Assembly (NCBI GenBank): GCA_051294375.1
Contig: CM119271.1
Coordinates: 13,451,515-13,515,514, forward strand
DNA length: 64,000 bases
Source of the DNA: Paraspadella gotoi
Taxonomy: Eukaryota; Animalia; Chaetognatha
Reading direction: 5' to 3'
Below are positions 35,380 through 48,700 of this stretch, piece by piece; the stretch's first letter is position 1; each line of letters starts with the position of its first letter. The notes beneath the pieces were generated by a model. The model did no database searches and was not told the origin of the DNA. It saw nothing but the letters and a program-made list of their open reading frames with translations. Position numbers and translations under genes: made by a program.

Positions 35380-38300
35380 GCCTAGAGAAAGAGGCCAAAC
35401 TAGTCTGGGATATCGTATGGGAATATCGAGATGTATTCGGGCCGAATTTTTAAGGATGACTGCCCAGCAAGGGAGCGCTCGCATTTGCTCACGCTACAGT
35501 TGTAGTACGTTTCGGACGGGTAACCCCTACACCCGCCAACGAACCCTACATTGCTCGCCGAAGACTCGAAAATTCCGCCCCAGACCGGTCAGGGACCCCC
35601 CCAGGTTCCAACAAAAAGGCCCGTCCCTCCCACCCCAAGCTATTATTCTGGAAGGGTTTATGATGTCTAAAGGCTTTGGCCAGTGCCCGTTTACCTAGGA
35701 CACCGCGGCGTGGCTTTCTTTTGCGACTCTCCACCTTCTCGGAACTGAGGAGCGGATGCCCGCGCCTATGGGGGCCTCTTGAACATTCGTACCGCTTTCC
35801 CTCCATTACAAAACAAGAGCGGCTGGGTATAGCCAGACGCGATCCGCTGCAGGCATGAGGTGATCAGTGGCATGTAATGATCGAACCCCGCTCTGTGTGG
35901 CATATGACGAGATGGCGACCAAACTATTTTAATCTGTTGCACTCGCTTACTCGGCGTTCACGAAACACATTGTCTACTTATGCAAATCTTGAGGCTCCAA
36001 ACGATAGCATCCGATGAGATTAGAGCAAATTTACAACGGACCACACGGAGCTCCAATGCGTCGGGTCGCACATATCGGCACTCTGACGTGATATGCCTCC
36101 TGCCACCAGGAATCGCTGAGATCTCCTCACCAGATGCAGACTCTCGGAGGTGAAGTATCCTGGGCAACCTTCAGGTCTCGGACAAACACTCGACTCTCAT
36201 GCGCTTCGTGGATGAATTATATCTGGGATACTCGCGCAACGCAGCGTGACGCGCTTTGTGTGGCTTCAAACCAGTAGTTCTCTGCTCGAAACCGATATAC
36301 TTCAGAGCCAATTCTGGATAATCGAGAATCTTGAAGATGCTAGGGACAGATGAGAAGAGTCTTTCTTGTCGTGCTGTCATGATGCTGTACTCGATCTAAT
36401 TCTCGACAGCTAATGTCTCTCCAGAGAGGACAGTGGACAAAGCATTCAGCTGACTCCCATGCAGAAGATGCATGACTTCGTAGAGAAGAAAAAAAAAAAA
36501 AAAAAAAATAAAAAAAAAAGAATTAGACGAAAGAAAGACAATCAATCCTGTGTTGGTCCTCCCAAATGGATGCCCCAAAAAGCCACTGTAACTCGTGCTA
36601 CCGCCCCCAAGAGGAACAATAATAAAAAGATCATAGGCTTATGTGCAATCTTATCTCAGATACGGCCTCAGTCTGCATACTAGTGATGATAAAACCTTGG
36701 CACTCCCTCGTCGTCGGCCTCGCGCATGGTGTATTATGAATGTTCTCACGCTAAGAAAACGCCATAAATAGTGACACTCTCGATCTCGTCTGATGCCTTA
36801 AGAGATCTACTCTAACAAATATACCTAATCAGTGTCTTCTCAAAATATATCTCCTTCCGTTAAACATCCAGTCTCCAACCTCTCCACAGCCCAACTCACG
36901 CCCTGATCCCGACAACGAATATATTATAACGAGAGGAGAAAACATGGGCAAAGTCTGCGGCCTGCACCGATCCTGTGAAATCACTCTTCTTCTCACGCTG
37001 GCTCTCGGTGCGATCATCTCTCGATCAGATGATCGGCCAGAAGATTATACCGTCTCCCTCTAGAAATATATTGAAGAGCGCCGATGGAGCGCGGCACGCT
37101 AAATCTCGTTGCGGCAATTACTAATTGCTCCGGCCACTGCGGACCGCCCGTGCGGGCATCACGCGAGAAAAGATCAGGCCCGATTGTCGCCTCCACTCCA
37201 ATGTTCCGAATATCCATCTCGCTGTAAACAAACGTAGTCATTAAGATGAAGATAAGCCACCACTATTACTACATTACTAAGAAACAACATCGCCCATTTA
37301 AACTGAGGTCGAATAAGTGTCAGCATGATTTGATCAACCTTATACAGAAACTGACTCACTCTCCTCATCTTCACCGTCAATTTCACAAGTACACTTTCAT
37401 AAAGGAGTGATATGGAATCTTCCCATGACAGACATACTTTCTTGACCACTACTCAAGATGGTACTCAGGGGGATATACGGATGAGTCCGAACAAAGAATG
37501 CCGCACCAGTGGAAGTCTATCCTATGTTTACAAAGTGATAGACACACCCTTGTCCGATCTTCCTGTGACCCGCCTTCACTGGGACCAAAGTGTCAAGTGA
37601 CGCCCCTCGGACCACCCTTCTTCCCGCAGGGGTTCGACAGTAAGTGGAAAATTTACGAACCAGGTTTTGCCGAAAATCCGGTCTACGACAACAAACCAGA
37701 ATTCTGCGATCTTATTAGGACACGCCCACGTTGGCAGTTATGGTTGCAAAAACATTAATGAGGATTGCCAAAGCTTTCAGAGCAGGATTCTTTGAATTCG
37801 TAGACCAAAGATTCTCACAAGAGGAAGCCAATAATAGAGGAAAGCTATATGGCAAACCTGAACAAGAGACCCCGATACTTTCATCATCGACCGATATCCG
37901 CCAACAGATTGGAGTCTTGCATCCCGAACTCGAGATGCTCAGTTTGAATGATCGAATTACCTGTAATCATGTATGGACCGAGGATTCCAACCAAAGAAAC
38001 GGGGCTGCAAGTACGAAGAGTATATGGTCACCAACAAATGAAAGGTCGCTTTGAAAATATTCAGGATCCATCACCGGGCAAGTCAGCCTGGTTGAGACAG
38101 GAACCTAACTACACCCCTGCCGGAAAAAAACCTGTCAACTAGGGACCGTGCAACCATCAACGGTCGAGTTCACTAAACAACCAGAAGCGAGGGGAAGCCA
38201 AAAAACCTTCTCAAGGTGGACACCCGGCACATCGACACTTCTCCCCAGGGACTTCTGATATATCCAGCTGAACGGCAACACCGAGAGTCCACAACGCCAC

Positions 38301-38385
38301 CTATCGAAACTTCGCACGAGATAGAGGTGGTAAAAGCAGGCGCTGACAAGAACTTCATGATAGACAGCACTTTCGAAGCAGACGT
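35380..38385 (+). pseudogene. pol: reverse transcriptase / RNase H remnants, interrupted
   Basis: Pre-RT helix KLVWDIVWEYRDVFG (ORF 35139). RNase H-like ELEML...MYG...VYGHQ (~37925-38040) and EIEVVKAG..KNF..D (~38320-38365). The catalytic YxDD was not found. Confidence 0.5.
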
Positions 38386-38689
38386 TGAATGCTACAGAAG
38401 CTGGAAATCGCTATGAAATCACCAGACCCCAGGAAAGCAACAGACCTCGTCCCGTGCTTTCGCGAGCTCCGAATAAAAAAATTGCAATTCGAGGACGAGT
38501 CTTCATTGGTCGTCGATGCCCTCAAAAGAAGGCACCGCGAAAAGCAAAACAAATTGAAAAAAAGTAATGGCAAAAGAGTAAGGACAGTAACTAAAGTATT
38601 GTCAAAACGCCTGGATGACCTTCGACGCATCACACAACGACAATCATTCATCAGGGCTTCACGGCCGACACAGCCCACCAAGAAGTTCA

Positions 38690-39720
38690 TCGTACCAAAT
38701 ACCCAAAGCCGAATCATCACCAAACGATTCACGAGCGATTTGGACATCCAGGCGCAGATCGTACGGCCTTCTTACTTGCCCAGCTACATCTCTGCCTCCC
38801 GGTACTGTCAACCGGCAGCGGCGAAATGCCTTAGAAATTGCGACAACTGTGCCAAGGCAACAAGATACGCAAAGGACACAGACGAAACCCCATCCGGCCC
38901 CAGTCTGTGCCGTCGGCCACCGTGGGAATCACTGAAGCATCGATGTCATGCATCTTCCCCCGCTCGCTGGATTAGTTAGTCCTTTAGTCGTGACAGACAC
39001 ATGCTTTCCGCTACACCTGGGCAATCCCACTGCGACGAGGCAGACGCCGCTAACCATAGTTGAGAAACCTTGACGAGAAATTTTTCTCTCAATCAGGATC
39101 TATCTGATGGGAGGTGAAATATCTGACGTCGTTGTACACAGCCTAAACGGTTTCGGCCATTGAAGATCTATATTAAACTACGTCGACACGTGGGAGACGT
39201 CGTTCTCGTGTGAACAGAGCTGGAAAGGGACATAGGGACGAATCCGCCAAAGCCCTACGCAAAGCAGTAGATGATCAACAAAAAAACAGATGGCTAGACA
39301 GCTGCCTCACTAATGGCACTTCTCAATGCTACTCCCATAATGGCTGAAGACAGACATGTCGTGAGATCCAATTTTGGCCATAGGCCGAGTAGTAGGTAAG
39401 CGCATATGAACTATACAAAAAGAAAATTCTCATTGATTTCATAACAGACAAAGGGCGACTGTAGAGGGCCCAAGCACAGCTTGTGGCTTTACAAAAGACA
39501 CCCGAAGCATCCTACAAAAAAATCGGCCAGAAGAAATCCTTACAAACGACCAGAGGATTGATTAAGATCGGGCTATGGTCCTAGCCAGACGTGATGCTAA
39601 TCATGACTGGAACGCGACGCGGAAACAAGGTCAAAAGGATATACTCAGACACGCACCAAAGCGATAGAAAAGAGACGGGCACCCATTATTGTTTGTCTCC
39701 AAGCTTGGCCCGGAACTTAA
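38690..39720 (+). pseudogene. pol: integrase remnant (HHCC zinc finger + rve core)
   Basis: IHERFGHPGADRT (38727-38765), CLRNCDNC (38827-38850), PPWESL(S)IDVMHLP (38917-38959, one frameshift), LVVTD..RYTWAIPL (~38984-39033) and NATPH (~39325). Confidence 0.85.
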
Positions 39721-40285
39721 GATACCTCTCTCGCCTCTTATAAAGCCTGTATCCTCGAAAAAAAGTCACTAACCAGAGAAAGCTCCTGGAAAAGCGACTT
39801 CATTTAAATAAAACTCTACTCAGATAACATTCCTTTCATACTTGTTCACTCTCTCAGACGGAATTAAACTTTTCAACTTTTCCAATCTTGTCATCCTCAA
39901 CTTTTCAATCCTTTCAACTCTAGAGACATACGTTAAAAACAATAATCAAAGGCAAATAGTGTAGCGACGAGAAACGACGAAGCCCCTGACAACGACACTT
40001 CATTCAAAAAACTAATAGACAAAAGAAAAAAAAGAATAATATATATTTCTCTTTAAATAATTAAAAAAAAAAAAAAGTCCTTTCTCCTCTCTATTCTTCT
40101 TTCTCTCAAAAAAAAAAAAAAAAGAGAGAAAAGACCAAATCAAATTACGAAATAGTTACATCCCTGCGTTACCCGTTAACGGCATATAACAACCGGAGAC
40201 GGCTTAGGCCTGGACATACAGTGATCTTCGTCCCCTTCACAATTCGCAACTCCAGCTTGCCGACTGACCGCGTACCGCTTTCGTT

Positions 40286-40300
40286 GAAGAGGGGGGACGG
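40286..40300 (+). promoter_or_regulatory. polypurine tract
   Basis: GAAGAGGGGGGACGG directly abuts the 3' LTR. Confidence 0.75.
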
Positions 40301-40606
40301 CATCGCAGGGAATTCAAGACGTAGATCGAATGGGTCAACGACGCGAGCAGCAAACAGCACCAAGAGAGAATGAACATTGTCATGTGGCCAAGAAAACAAA
40401 TGCACCGGCCCATGAGCACATGGGTTCTTTTCCGCCTTAAATTTTACCATTGCCTCTGACCGGATTGAACCGATAAAAGAGAACCAGAAACTGTATGGAA
40501 TTTTCACTCTGCCCCAAAAATTGACACCGTTTTGTATTAAACGTCTATTTCTGAAGAAATAATAATCCACTTTGGTTTCCTAGAAATCCCTGTCTGCTAC
40601 TTATTT
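40301..40606 (+). repeat. 3' LTR
   Basis: Direct repeat of 31017-31344. Confidence 0.88.
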
Positions 40607-41284
40607 GTGCTTAAAAAAAGAAAAAAAAAGCGGACAGCAATCGGAGAAATTCGCTTAGGAGTTTTTTTTTTTTTTTAAATTTCATCAATTAACTTTTAAA
40701 GTCTGTAAACTCTGTTATATATCCATTTATATACATGTCTGAATTTACAAACAATCAACGAAAGAATTATGCGTGCTTTGACAAGTTGCAACCACGAATA
40801 TGATAGAAATTCCTTTTTTTATCATAGACGTCGATGGTGCCAAAGGCCTTTCTTGTCATTTCTTGGCCATTTCTTGGCCATTTTTTGGCCATTTTTTTTT
40901 CACATCGAGTTTTCCGATAAGATTTCCTTTTTTTTTTCGTTTCTCTTTTTTTTTTTTCTGGCCAAGCTTTTTTCTAACCGAGCCAATCTTTTCCGTATCA
41001 AGCTTTGCTGTATTTTTCTTCTTTGTTCGTCCAGTTTTCTGGCGTTTATGTCTTGCGCCTCCAGGAGTTGATGTCGTTCATTTGTTGTTTGGGCAAGTTT
41101 ATTATATATTATTTATATTATATATAAGTTTACGTTTACGTAGCAAAATATTTGAACTCATCAGCAAAGCATTTCATACTTTATCAACGTACGAGTTTTC
41201 AATCTGATAATAACTACGCGGCCCTCTTTGCGCTCAGTATGTTCAGACGATTTACATATAAGTGCCGCTGATGATACTGAAAAT

Positions 41285-44200
41285 GATTAATGAGAAAGAG
41301 GGAATTGTGGCTAAAGATATTGTTGTTAATAAAAACAGAATGGTTGAGTTAGAAGTAGCAGTTATTTTTCCTAAATTTGGGTCTAACATGGTAAGTTAAG
41401 AATAAAGTTATATGTCAATGGAAGTGAAGAGTGAGGCATTGCTAGGGAACCCGTAACGGCAGAATTTTAATGATATTCGTTTTTCTCTCTTAAATGGATA
41501 TGGCTGTAGCTGTTTTCTTTACTTTTTTCACCAACTTCTCCTCTGTTCGGACCTCCAAGCGGGCAGCTGACACCAATGTGCGCCTGTCGACATAAGTAAC
41601 ATAACATGCCGCCGTGAACCCGTTAAAGCCCACTAAAAGCGAAAGGTATCGTATCGCAGAGCCAGGGTTCCTGGGCTTTGGAACCAGGCTTGAGGTTTTC
41701 CAGGTCCGCGGTACCGGAGAGATTCCGGTAAGTCATGATCCACTCGCATAGTCTGTTTAAACTCAACCGTAGAGTTGAGCGAAGATCTTATTCTTGCCTC
41801 CTGACAACGACCGTCTCGCGATTCAGTCCCTACTATTCGGTAGCCAGGGCCTGCCGTCGCACCGTGGATCTCCGACCTCCAAAAATCCCCTTACCTTTCG
41901 CGTGGTTCCCGGTTCCTGGTTTTACTTTGGCCGCTCACAGCGCGTGGTTACGAGGCGACGAATGCGCCATCTGGTGTATATGTTTGCCTTGTTCGTGGTG
42001 GTTCTAGTGGCGGTGATGGTTGGTCGTTGGAATGACGGAGCGGATTTATCTCGGTGAAAAAGCGTATTCAAGTCGACGTACTACCCCGACGGCTCGTCGG
42101 ATAATGTCTTGGGTGGTACCCGATGTCACAGGCTTTTTCTGCATGCCGTACCGCTTGAGACTTTACGGTTAGGTCGTGGGGGGGTGTATATTTAAGTTAC
42201 TTGTAGGAGTGTGTTTTGCTTTCGCATTTTGTTTTGTGAGTTTTGTGAACGGTGTTTTGATTTGGTTTATATGTTTATGCGTGTGTGTGCCCGTGAAAGC
42301 TGCGAGAGGACGCGAAAAAGAAGAAACCGAAGAGGGAATTGCTGATTCGATTGCCCAAAGATCCCTCCGAGGCGATGAAAAAAAAAAGGCTAACCAAAGG
42401 AGCGAGGTAAAACGAAAAACGAAGATTACTCGCTCATCTACTCGTCTGTTCGGTGGCGAGGACACTCTACGGGGAGAGACAGCGTGGTCTCGCAGGGACT
42501 ACAAGTGGGTGGTTTTGGGGGGATGCATCGCTGAAGCTTCAGGTAGGAGGGAGGTTCGGAGGAAGCAGAGCTAGGAAGTTCCGAGAGTGCGCTGAGTCTA
42601 AATCCGTTCTTGTTCATACTAACGCTTGCTACGTGTGTACACATGGTGTTGTACACACTCAGTGTTCACATTGTAGCAGGGTGACGGATGGTAAGGTCGT
42701 GGTAAATGAATCGCGGCGGCGTCGCTGTCCCGCGCAGCTCGAGCTCGGTCTCGTGCGCTCCGATATTGCACGTCAGATGCATTGACCGTTGCCCGCCTCG
42801 GCCGGCTCCTGCTCCGGTCCGAGGAGTCGGGAGCGTGAGATGAAAAATCGGAGGTATGTCTGGGCGTGGCGAATTCTGCGACGTTCCCTGACGTATCGTC
42901 GCGTTCGCTCGTCTACATTCTGTTAGGTGTCTTCCTCGTCCCATTGGGGCCCGATTTGCAGTACGCCGTTGATGCGAGTTTCTGAAGAAGAGGACTCAGG
43001 ACACACAGTTTGATTTGAGAAATTCCCGATTCCTGTTACGCCAAATTCTTGGTTATGAAAAAAATTAATTGTTATCCTCTTAATTTGGCTCGCGCTCGCG
43101 ACCGCTGCGCCGCCGTGACTCTCTCGCTGTTCAGTCGGCCGAGCGAACAGATACTGAAACGGTCTCTCCGCTCAAGACACCTGAGCTCAATAGACTCTTC
43201 ATCTAATTTCTGTATCTTGTTCTTCCTTTGCTCCGGTTCCATTTATCCATCGGGATTCTAGGGACAGGGTGTCCTATGGTGTCATCCCATATTCCTCTCC
43301 TCCTGTTTACTTAGGCTCATACTGAGATTCCGTCTCCTAATATAACTGAAACCCTACTTAATATAACCCCAGTCCTAGAACTAAGACCTCTACTTCCTCT
43401 CCTCTCCAGCCTTTCATCACCTCTCTCTTCGCTCCCTTTTTTTAACCCCTAACCCCTACATCCATCTCCTCCTAATCCTCCTTTTCAGATCAATTCTCTC
43501 GTCCTCTCTCTTCCCCTTAACACTCAACCTTGCATTCTTCAAGCTCCCTATACCTCCTAATATACTAGGCCAACCTTCATGCGTTATTCTCCTTCTCTCC
43601 CCTTTAACCCTTAACTTCTAATTCCTAACGCTTCATTTCGCCCTGTAATATCCCCTATCCACTTTCTCTCGCTCTCTTCCCTTCTCTCTTCGTGCTTTGT
43701 CATCGTCTCTCTCTCTCTCACACTCTACTCCCCTCTTTTTTTATTTTCTCAGCATCTTCACTGTTTTTTTCTGTTCTCGTAACTCGAGCCCTTAATCTAC
43801 ACCTATTTGCGGAATCTCAGCTGTTGAACGTATAGATACCTTTTGTACAATCTCCGAAAATTTTTGAGATCGGCCAGCTTCACATAATGACGGGTTCTAA
43901 TGTGCGTAACAAAAATGGCGACTTGAAAAGACAAAACAAGACAAAACTTCTTATCACACTGTGAGATTTTAAATTTCATAAAATAAGTCCTCGCTCTGCA
44001 AAACTAAATTTTACAACACAATTGTTTACTTAGTGTTTGTTAATTTGTTGACGGTCTTTCTTAAAAATGGATCTCAGTAAATCCTTGTTTGAGTCTTAAT
44101 ATTGCAGATGTGTAGTTTTTATGTTTTATGAAGCAAACTACAATGTTTTATTCAGTTAACAAAATGAAACTTGACATAGACCACCAATAATTACATAGCC

Positions 44201-45156
44201 TTCATCAGTAAGCGAGTGCGTAGTGCGACACAGTTTTATCGATATAGCGACAAACTTTAACATGGTCAATAAATGAAACATATAGTTGTCCTTCCATCAT
44301 AGAACACCATTATTTTGAGTGATAACTAAAAATAATTAATTCTCATTGTTTTAATTTTCGCAGCTATAAAGTATAATTTGATACTATAGTACTATCCTTA
44401 TAATCGAAAGAAATTTTAAAATAGGCTTTTCCTCTTACTATCCCCTTAATTTGCTTGATTGCAGATATTGAATTCACTCGACTCTTCACAAAATAGTTGA
44501 TAAAAGAAAATATATAAATTATTTTTAAAAAATTCTTTCATTAAGCTGGGCTGTTTAAAATATATTAAAATTTACAACAAAACCTCGATATTATAATATA
44601 ATAAAAAGTTATTATTTCAAACCTTTAAAAATTATATGCTTTTTCCTTATTCTAAATATTTTTGAGACCGCCATTAAATGAAAGGATTTTGTTATAAAAA
44701 GAGTTATATTTCCTTTTATATCAACTTTTTTAATTGAGACGAAATCCCAAATTCTGCAAAAAAATATTCTTAGAAAAAATAGAACTCGATTTTTGAAATT
44801 TTATATAACCATTTATTTGGGGATTTAGTTACTATGGTATAATTACCTCGGCCTACTACTGCGTACAATTGAAAATTATTATTTAATAAAAGTTTTTTTT
44901 ATACATAAATCTTGTTCAATGTTGGTATGTATAATGTGTGTTCGTATCACTGTTAATTGATTTTATCCATCTTCTCTTTAGATAATTTTTGATTAAAAGT
45001 ATAATGAAAAAATTATTATAGATAGATTTGTAGATGCTTGTTCATTTACTAAACGCCTTATTCATTTGCATGCGATTCCATTAACAGTCATGTTTGAACT
45101 CCAGTATTTCTCAGAAAAAAAAGAGAGAGAGCAGCTTGAGGAAGAGAGAGAGTAGT

Positions 45157-45190
<34 letters not shown>

Positions 45191-48100
45191 GAGAGAGAGA
45201 GAGAGAGCAGATGAGAGAGTCAATAGAGAGTGAGTCAGAAGGTCGCCTGTCGACTCCGTTATTACTTTTTTTTGTTATAACTTAAGGATCTTAACCTTCT
45301 CACTAACTAGAAAATCTGTATATTTTAATCAAGTTGCCTCCTGAAGATATCTTCCTATTTTTTCTTATATAATTCGTTTTTCTGTGTGATCCTTCTTTTT
45401 TTTTTTGTTTTTATATATTATTTAATATTATTCGTTCTTGCACATAACAAGAAATAAACAAAACCGCACCTCTTTGTCGGGTGCCAATAGAATGGACATC
45501 TTACGTGGCGTAAGTAAGTCACACAGATCTCAGTGACAACATTTTCGGCGAATAACAAGAAAGTATAGTCAAGGTTGAACTAGAGTGTGGAAATAATTCC
45601 TGGTAAGTTGAGAAGAATTTGTTATTGGTTTCAGAGACAAAGACGACGAATTGTGACTCACATAGATAATTGGAACTGAGAGAAAAAACGACGGCGGAGA
45701 ATGAACTGAGCGATGAACAGACGAGCAATTCGAGAATTAAGCTAATTGTTTGTGACGAGAATCAGAAAAGTTTATATAAGTGGACGAACGCGATTCATTA
45801 CTCATACTAAGAGGAGTAGATAATATATACACGCTTGCCAATTGTGTCGACTTATAATCCGAACCCACAGAATCTTTGAACTTTTGGCATCCAAATTTTT
45901 TTTTTTTTTTTGTCGATCAAAATAATCAGACTTGTTTCGTTTGAGATCGAGAAACCACGCGGAGAACTTTTTTTGCTCCTAGTAGTAACTTTGTTCACAT
46001 TTACCAGTCGTTAATGTTTGGCCAACATTTATTAGAAGGAGACAATGCCTCAAGTTTGTTTACACCATAGAAGTCTTTGGTGAACCCTCTATTATTTTGT
46101 AGTTCGATCTCCTCACACTTTTTCATATATAATCAGTTTATAAACCTTTTTTTAAACGAGGTTTTTTTTTTCTTTTTTTTTCTGTTTTAAAATTTTGTTT
46201 TTTTTTTTTTTTTTTTTTATAGTTTTTTTTTATTTTATTTTTTCCGGCCTTCGGGCACATGATTAGCAGCTCTCTATAACTCCACTGTAACACTGTTCCT
46301 TTCGCTATTCTTATATTAGATATATTTCGTTGCTGATCTAAGATAAGAAAGAAACCACGATGGAGGCCTAGTATTGGATGTGTAGATGATGTGATTTAGT
46401 ATGTACGTCATTATTCGCTAGGAGTTATTGCCTATTCGTTTTTATGCTTATAATGTGAGCGTATTTCCTATCAGTTACTGTATTTGATTTGACTGCTAGA
46501 CCGCTTGATGCGCCAAGAGATATGATTGTCCCGTCCCAAGAGACTCATGAAATAACAATCTACTTCTATTGTTAGTTCCATTCTTTGTTCTTTCTCTATT
46601 ATAGTGATCCATCCTTTTGTTTCCTAAGATATAATTCCATATATCTTATTTCTTTTTTAGTGCTTACTATTATACTCATCGGTTTAATTACTCGAATCCT
46701 GTCGACGCAACCTTGGTAGTTTCCAACATCGGCTTATAGCTTTGTTTGTAGGGACCAGTGATCTCGCTCCGTTGGAACCACTCGTACTTCTTGGTATCGA
46801 GAGACGAGACTGTGACAGAGACGGACGGCACATTTGTGCTCCCATATTTTTTAGCATAATTTACCTGCATACCATTTTTAGAGTGTTCTCCCTTGATTCA
46901 TTTATATTCAATCTATTCTCCCCATAGATACGATAAGATCTTTTTTGTGGTTGTCGTGTGAACTTCAACCTCGGCCACCATTGGTATCCTCACATCCATG
47001 AACAGAGACAGCGAGAAGACAGGAAGCAATGCCTGTGTCAATAGTCGAGATTATAAGGCTAGGGATACGGATACTCACTGACTAATTGGGACAGAGTGGG
47101 GAGCACACTAGCAAGAAGAGGGTAGTGATTATTCTACCGAAAGAATAATCCGATGGTTGAACCTGGAGTGCGTCTAGCTGGAGGAGTATGATAGATGAGA
47201 GGAATATGAGAGGTGACGAAGATGTTAAATTATCGGTAGTGGCAGAGTGGACCGACGGTTTTATTGAAGCGATCGAGAAGAGAAGAGAATGAGTAATGTA
47301 GAGAGTTGTAAAGCGTCCCTCATGGAGATCGCCTAGTGAGTCTCTGAACGTCATGCCTCACGTCACTGATAACGGGCCGATTTTTTTCCCTGTCGGATTA
47401 ACATCCCCCCATACTCTCTCTCTACTCTGCTCTGCTCTGCTCTCTCTTCTCTCTGCTCTACGTCTGCATCACTGAGTCTTTATTATACTTCCGGAAGACC
47501 AGCGGCATCATTTTTGAGTCTCTTATTTTCCAGGCCTTTAATTTCTAGATTTGCAGTAGGAAAAATTAGCAATCCGTGCTTTAAAAAGAAACCGAAAGAG
47601 AATAAAAGCCAGGGACAGCATCCCGGTAGAAATTCTGCTTAGGAGTTTTTTTTTTTTTTAAATTTCAATCAATTACTTTTAAAGTCTGTAAACTCTGTTA
47701 TAATATCCATTTATTATATTCATGTCTGAATTTACAATACAATCAAAGCGAAAGATTTATGCGTGGCTTTGACAAATTGCAACCGACGAAATATGAATAG
47801 AAATCATCCTTTTTTTATCAATAGAGTCGATGGTGCCAAAGGCCTTTTCCTTGTCATTTCTTGGCCCATTCTCTTGGCCATTTTTTGGCCATTTTTTTTT
47901 CACATCGAGTTTTTCGCGATAAGATTCTTTTAGGTACGGCTGTTTTTGATGTGGTTCTATATATAGTTTCTCATTTATATATTTTTTCTATAGGACACGC
48001 TTTTATTCACGGTTAACCCTCTGAAGCCAATCCTTTCCAGTACTGCAAGCTTACTGGGTCTCTCTGTGTGGATATATCTTCTTCCTTTGTTCGTTGGGTC

Positions 48101-48700
48101 GGGCTCTTTGGATCATTTGACAGTTTCTGGCCTGGTTTACCTTGTCGTGTGTGCTCGCCATTATCACAGAAAGGAGTAATGCAGTGTCGTTCATTGTGGT
48201 GCTAAGTGGGCATCTGAGTCTTTTTATTGAGTATACTGTTATCATTCAATATTATATGTGGCGGGTATATTCAGCACCGCGCCTCACGTCCACCATCGGT
48301 TCAAGACGTCTTACACCAAATCGAGATTGGGTCTCAGAGGGTGGCACATACACCATCCCAGGCGTAAGTGTTCCATCCCACAGTCCTAATGACTTCCTTC
48401 AGTGCCGTTGGCCAAAGCGAGAGCCGTTCCTAGGGGGTAAACCGGCGCCTAGTGACTGGATCGACGCTCACATAGAGGGTCGTGACGAGCCCCCTAAAGA
48501 CCACCAAGCAGTGAGAGAAGAGTGGCGCCCAATATCACCATTATGGGGCATTAGCCGAGAGCAGCGCGCAGAGCGACCAGGAGCTGATTGAAGCCGTATA
48601 ATAGTAGTAAGTTTTACGTTTACGTACCGCAATATCTTGGAGCGCGTATCCACAAGAGCATTTCATAATTTTAATCAACGTACGAGTTTTCAATCTGCAT
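41285..48700 (+). repeat. insertion-rich second copy of 27700-31016 + 40607-41210, lacking the retrotransposon
   Basis: Anchors in order: ATTGTGGCTAA (27710/41304), GGAACCAGGCTTGAGG (27920/41680), GGTAAATG (28680/42701), TTCCCTGTCGGAT (30807/47386), CAACGTACGAGTTTTCAATCTG (41185/48676). Confidence 0.85.

Larger units (their letters stand above)
31017..40606 (+). mobile_element. Ty3/gypsy-type LTR retrotransposon, ~9.6 kb, heavily frameshifted as assembled
   Basis: Two direct terminal repeats; GTGCT at 31012-31016 and 40607-40611; PBS and PPT in the expected positions; domain order PR-RT-RH-IN; empty site at 47570-47590. Confidence 0.88.

Noticed and set aside
39720-40285. env or extra ORF after integrase
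   Set aside because: Short, AT/poly-A rich and without an open frame; consistent with a 3' UTR.
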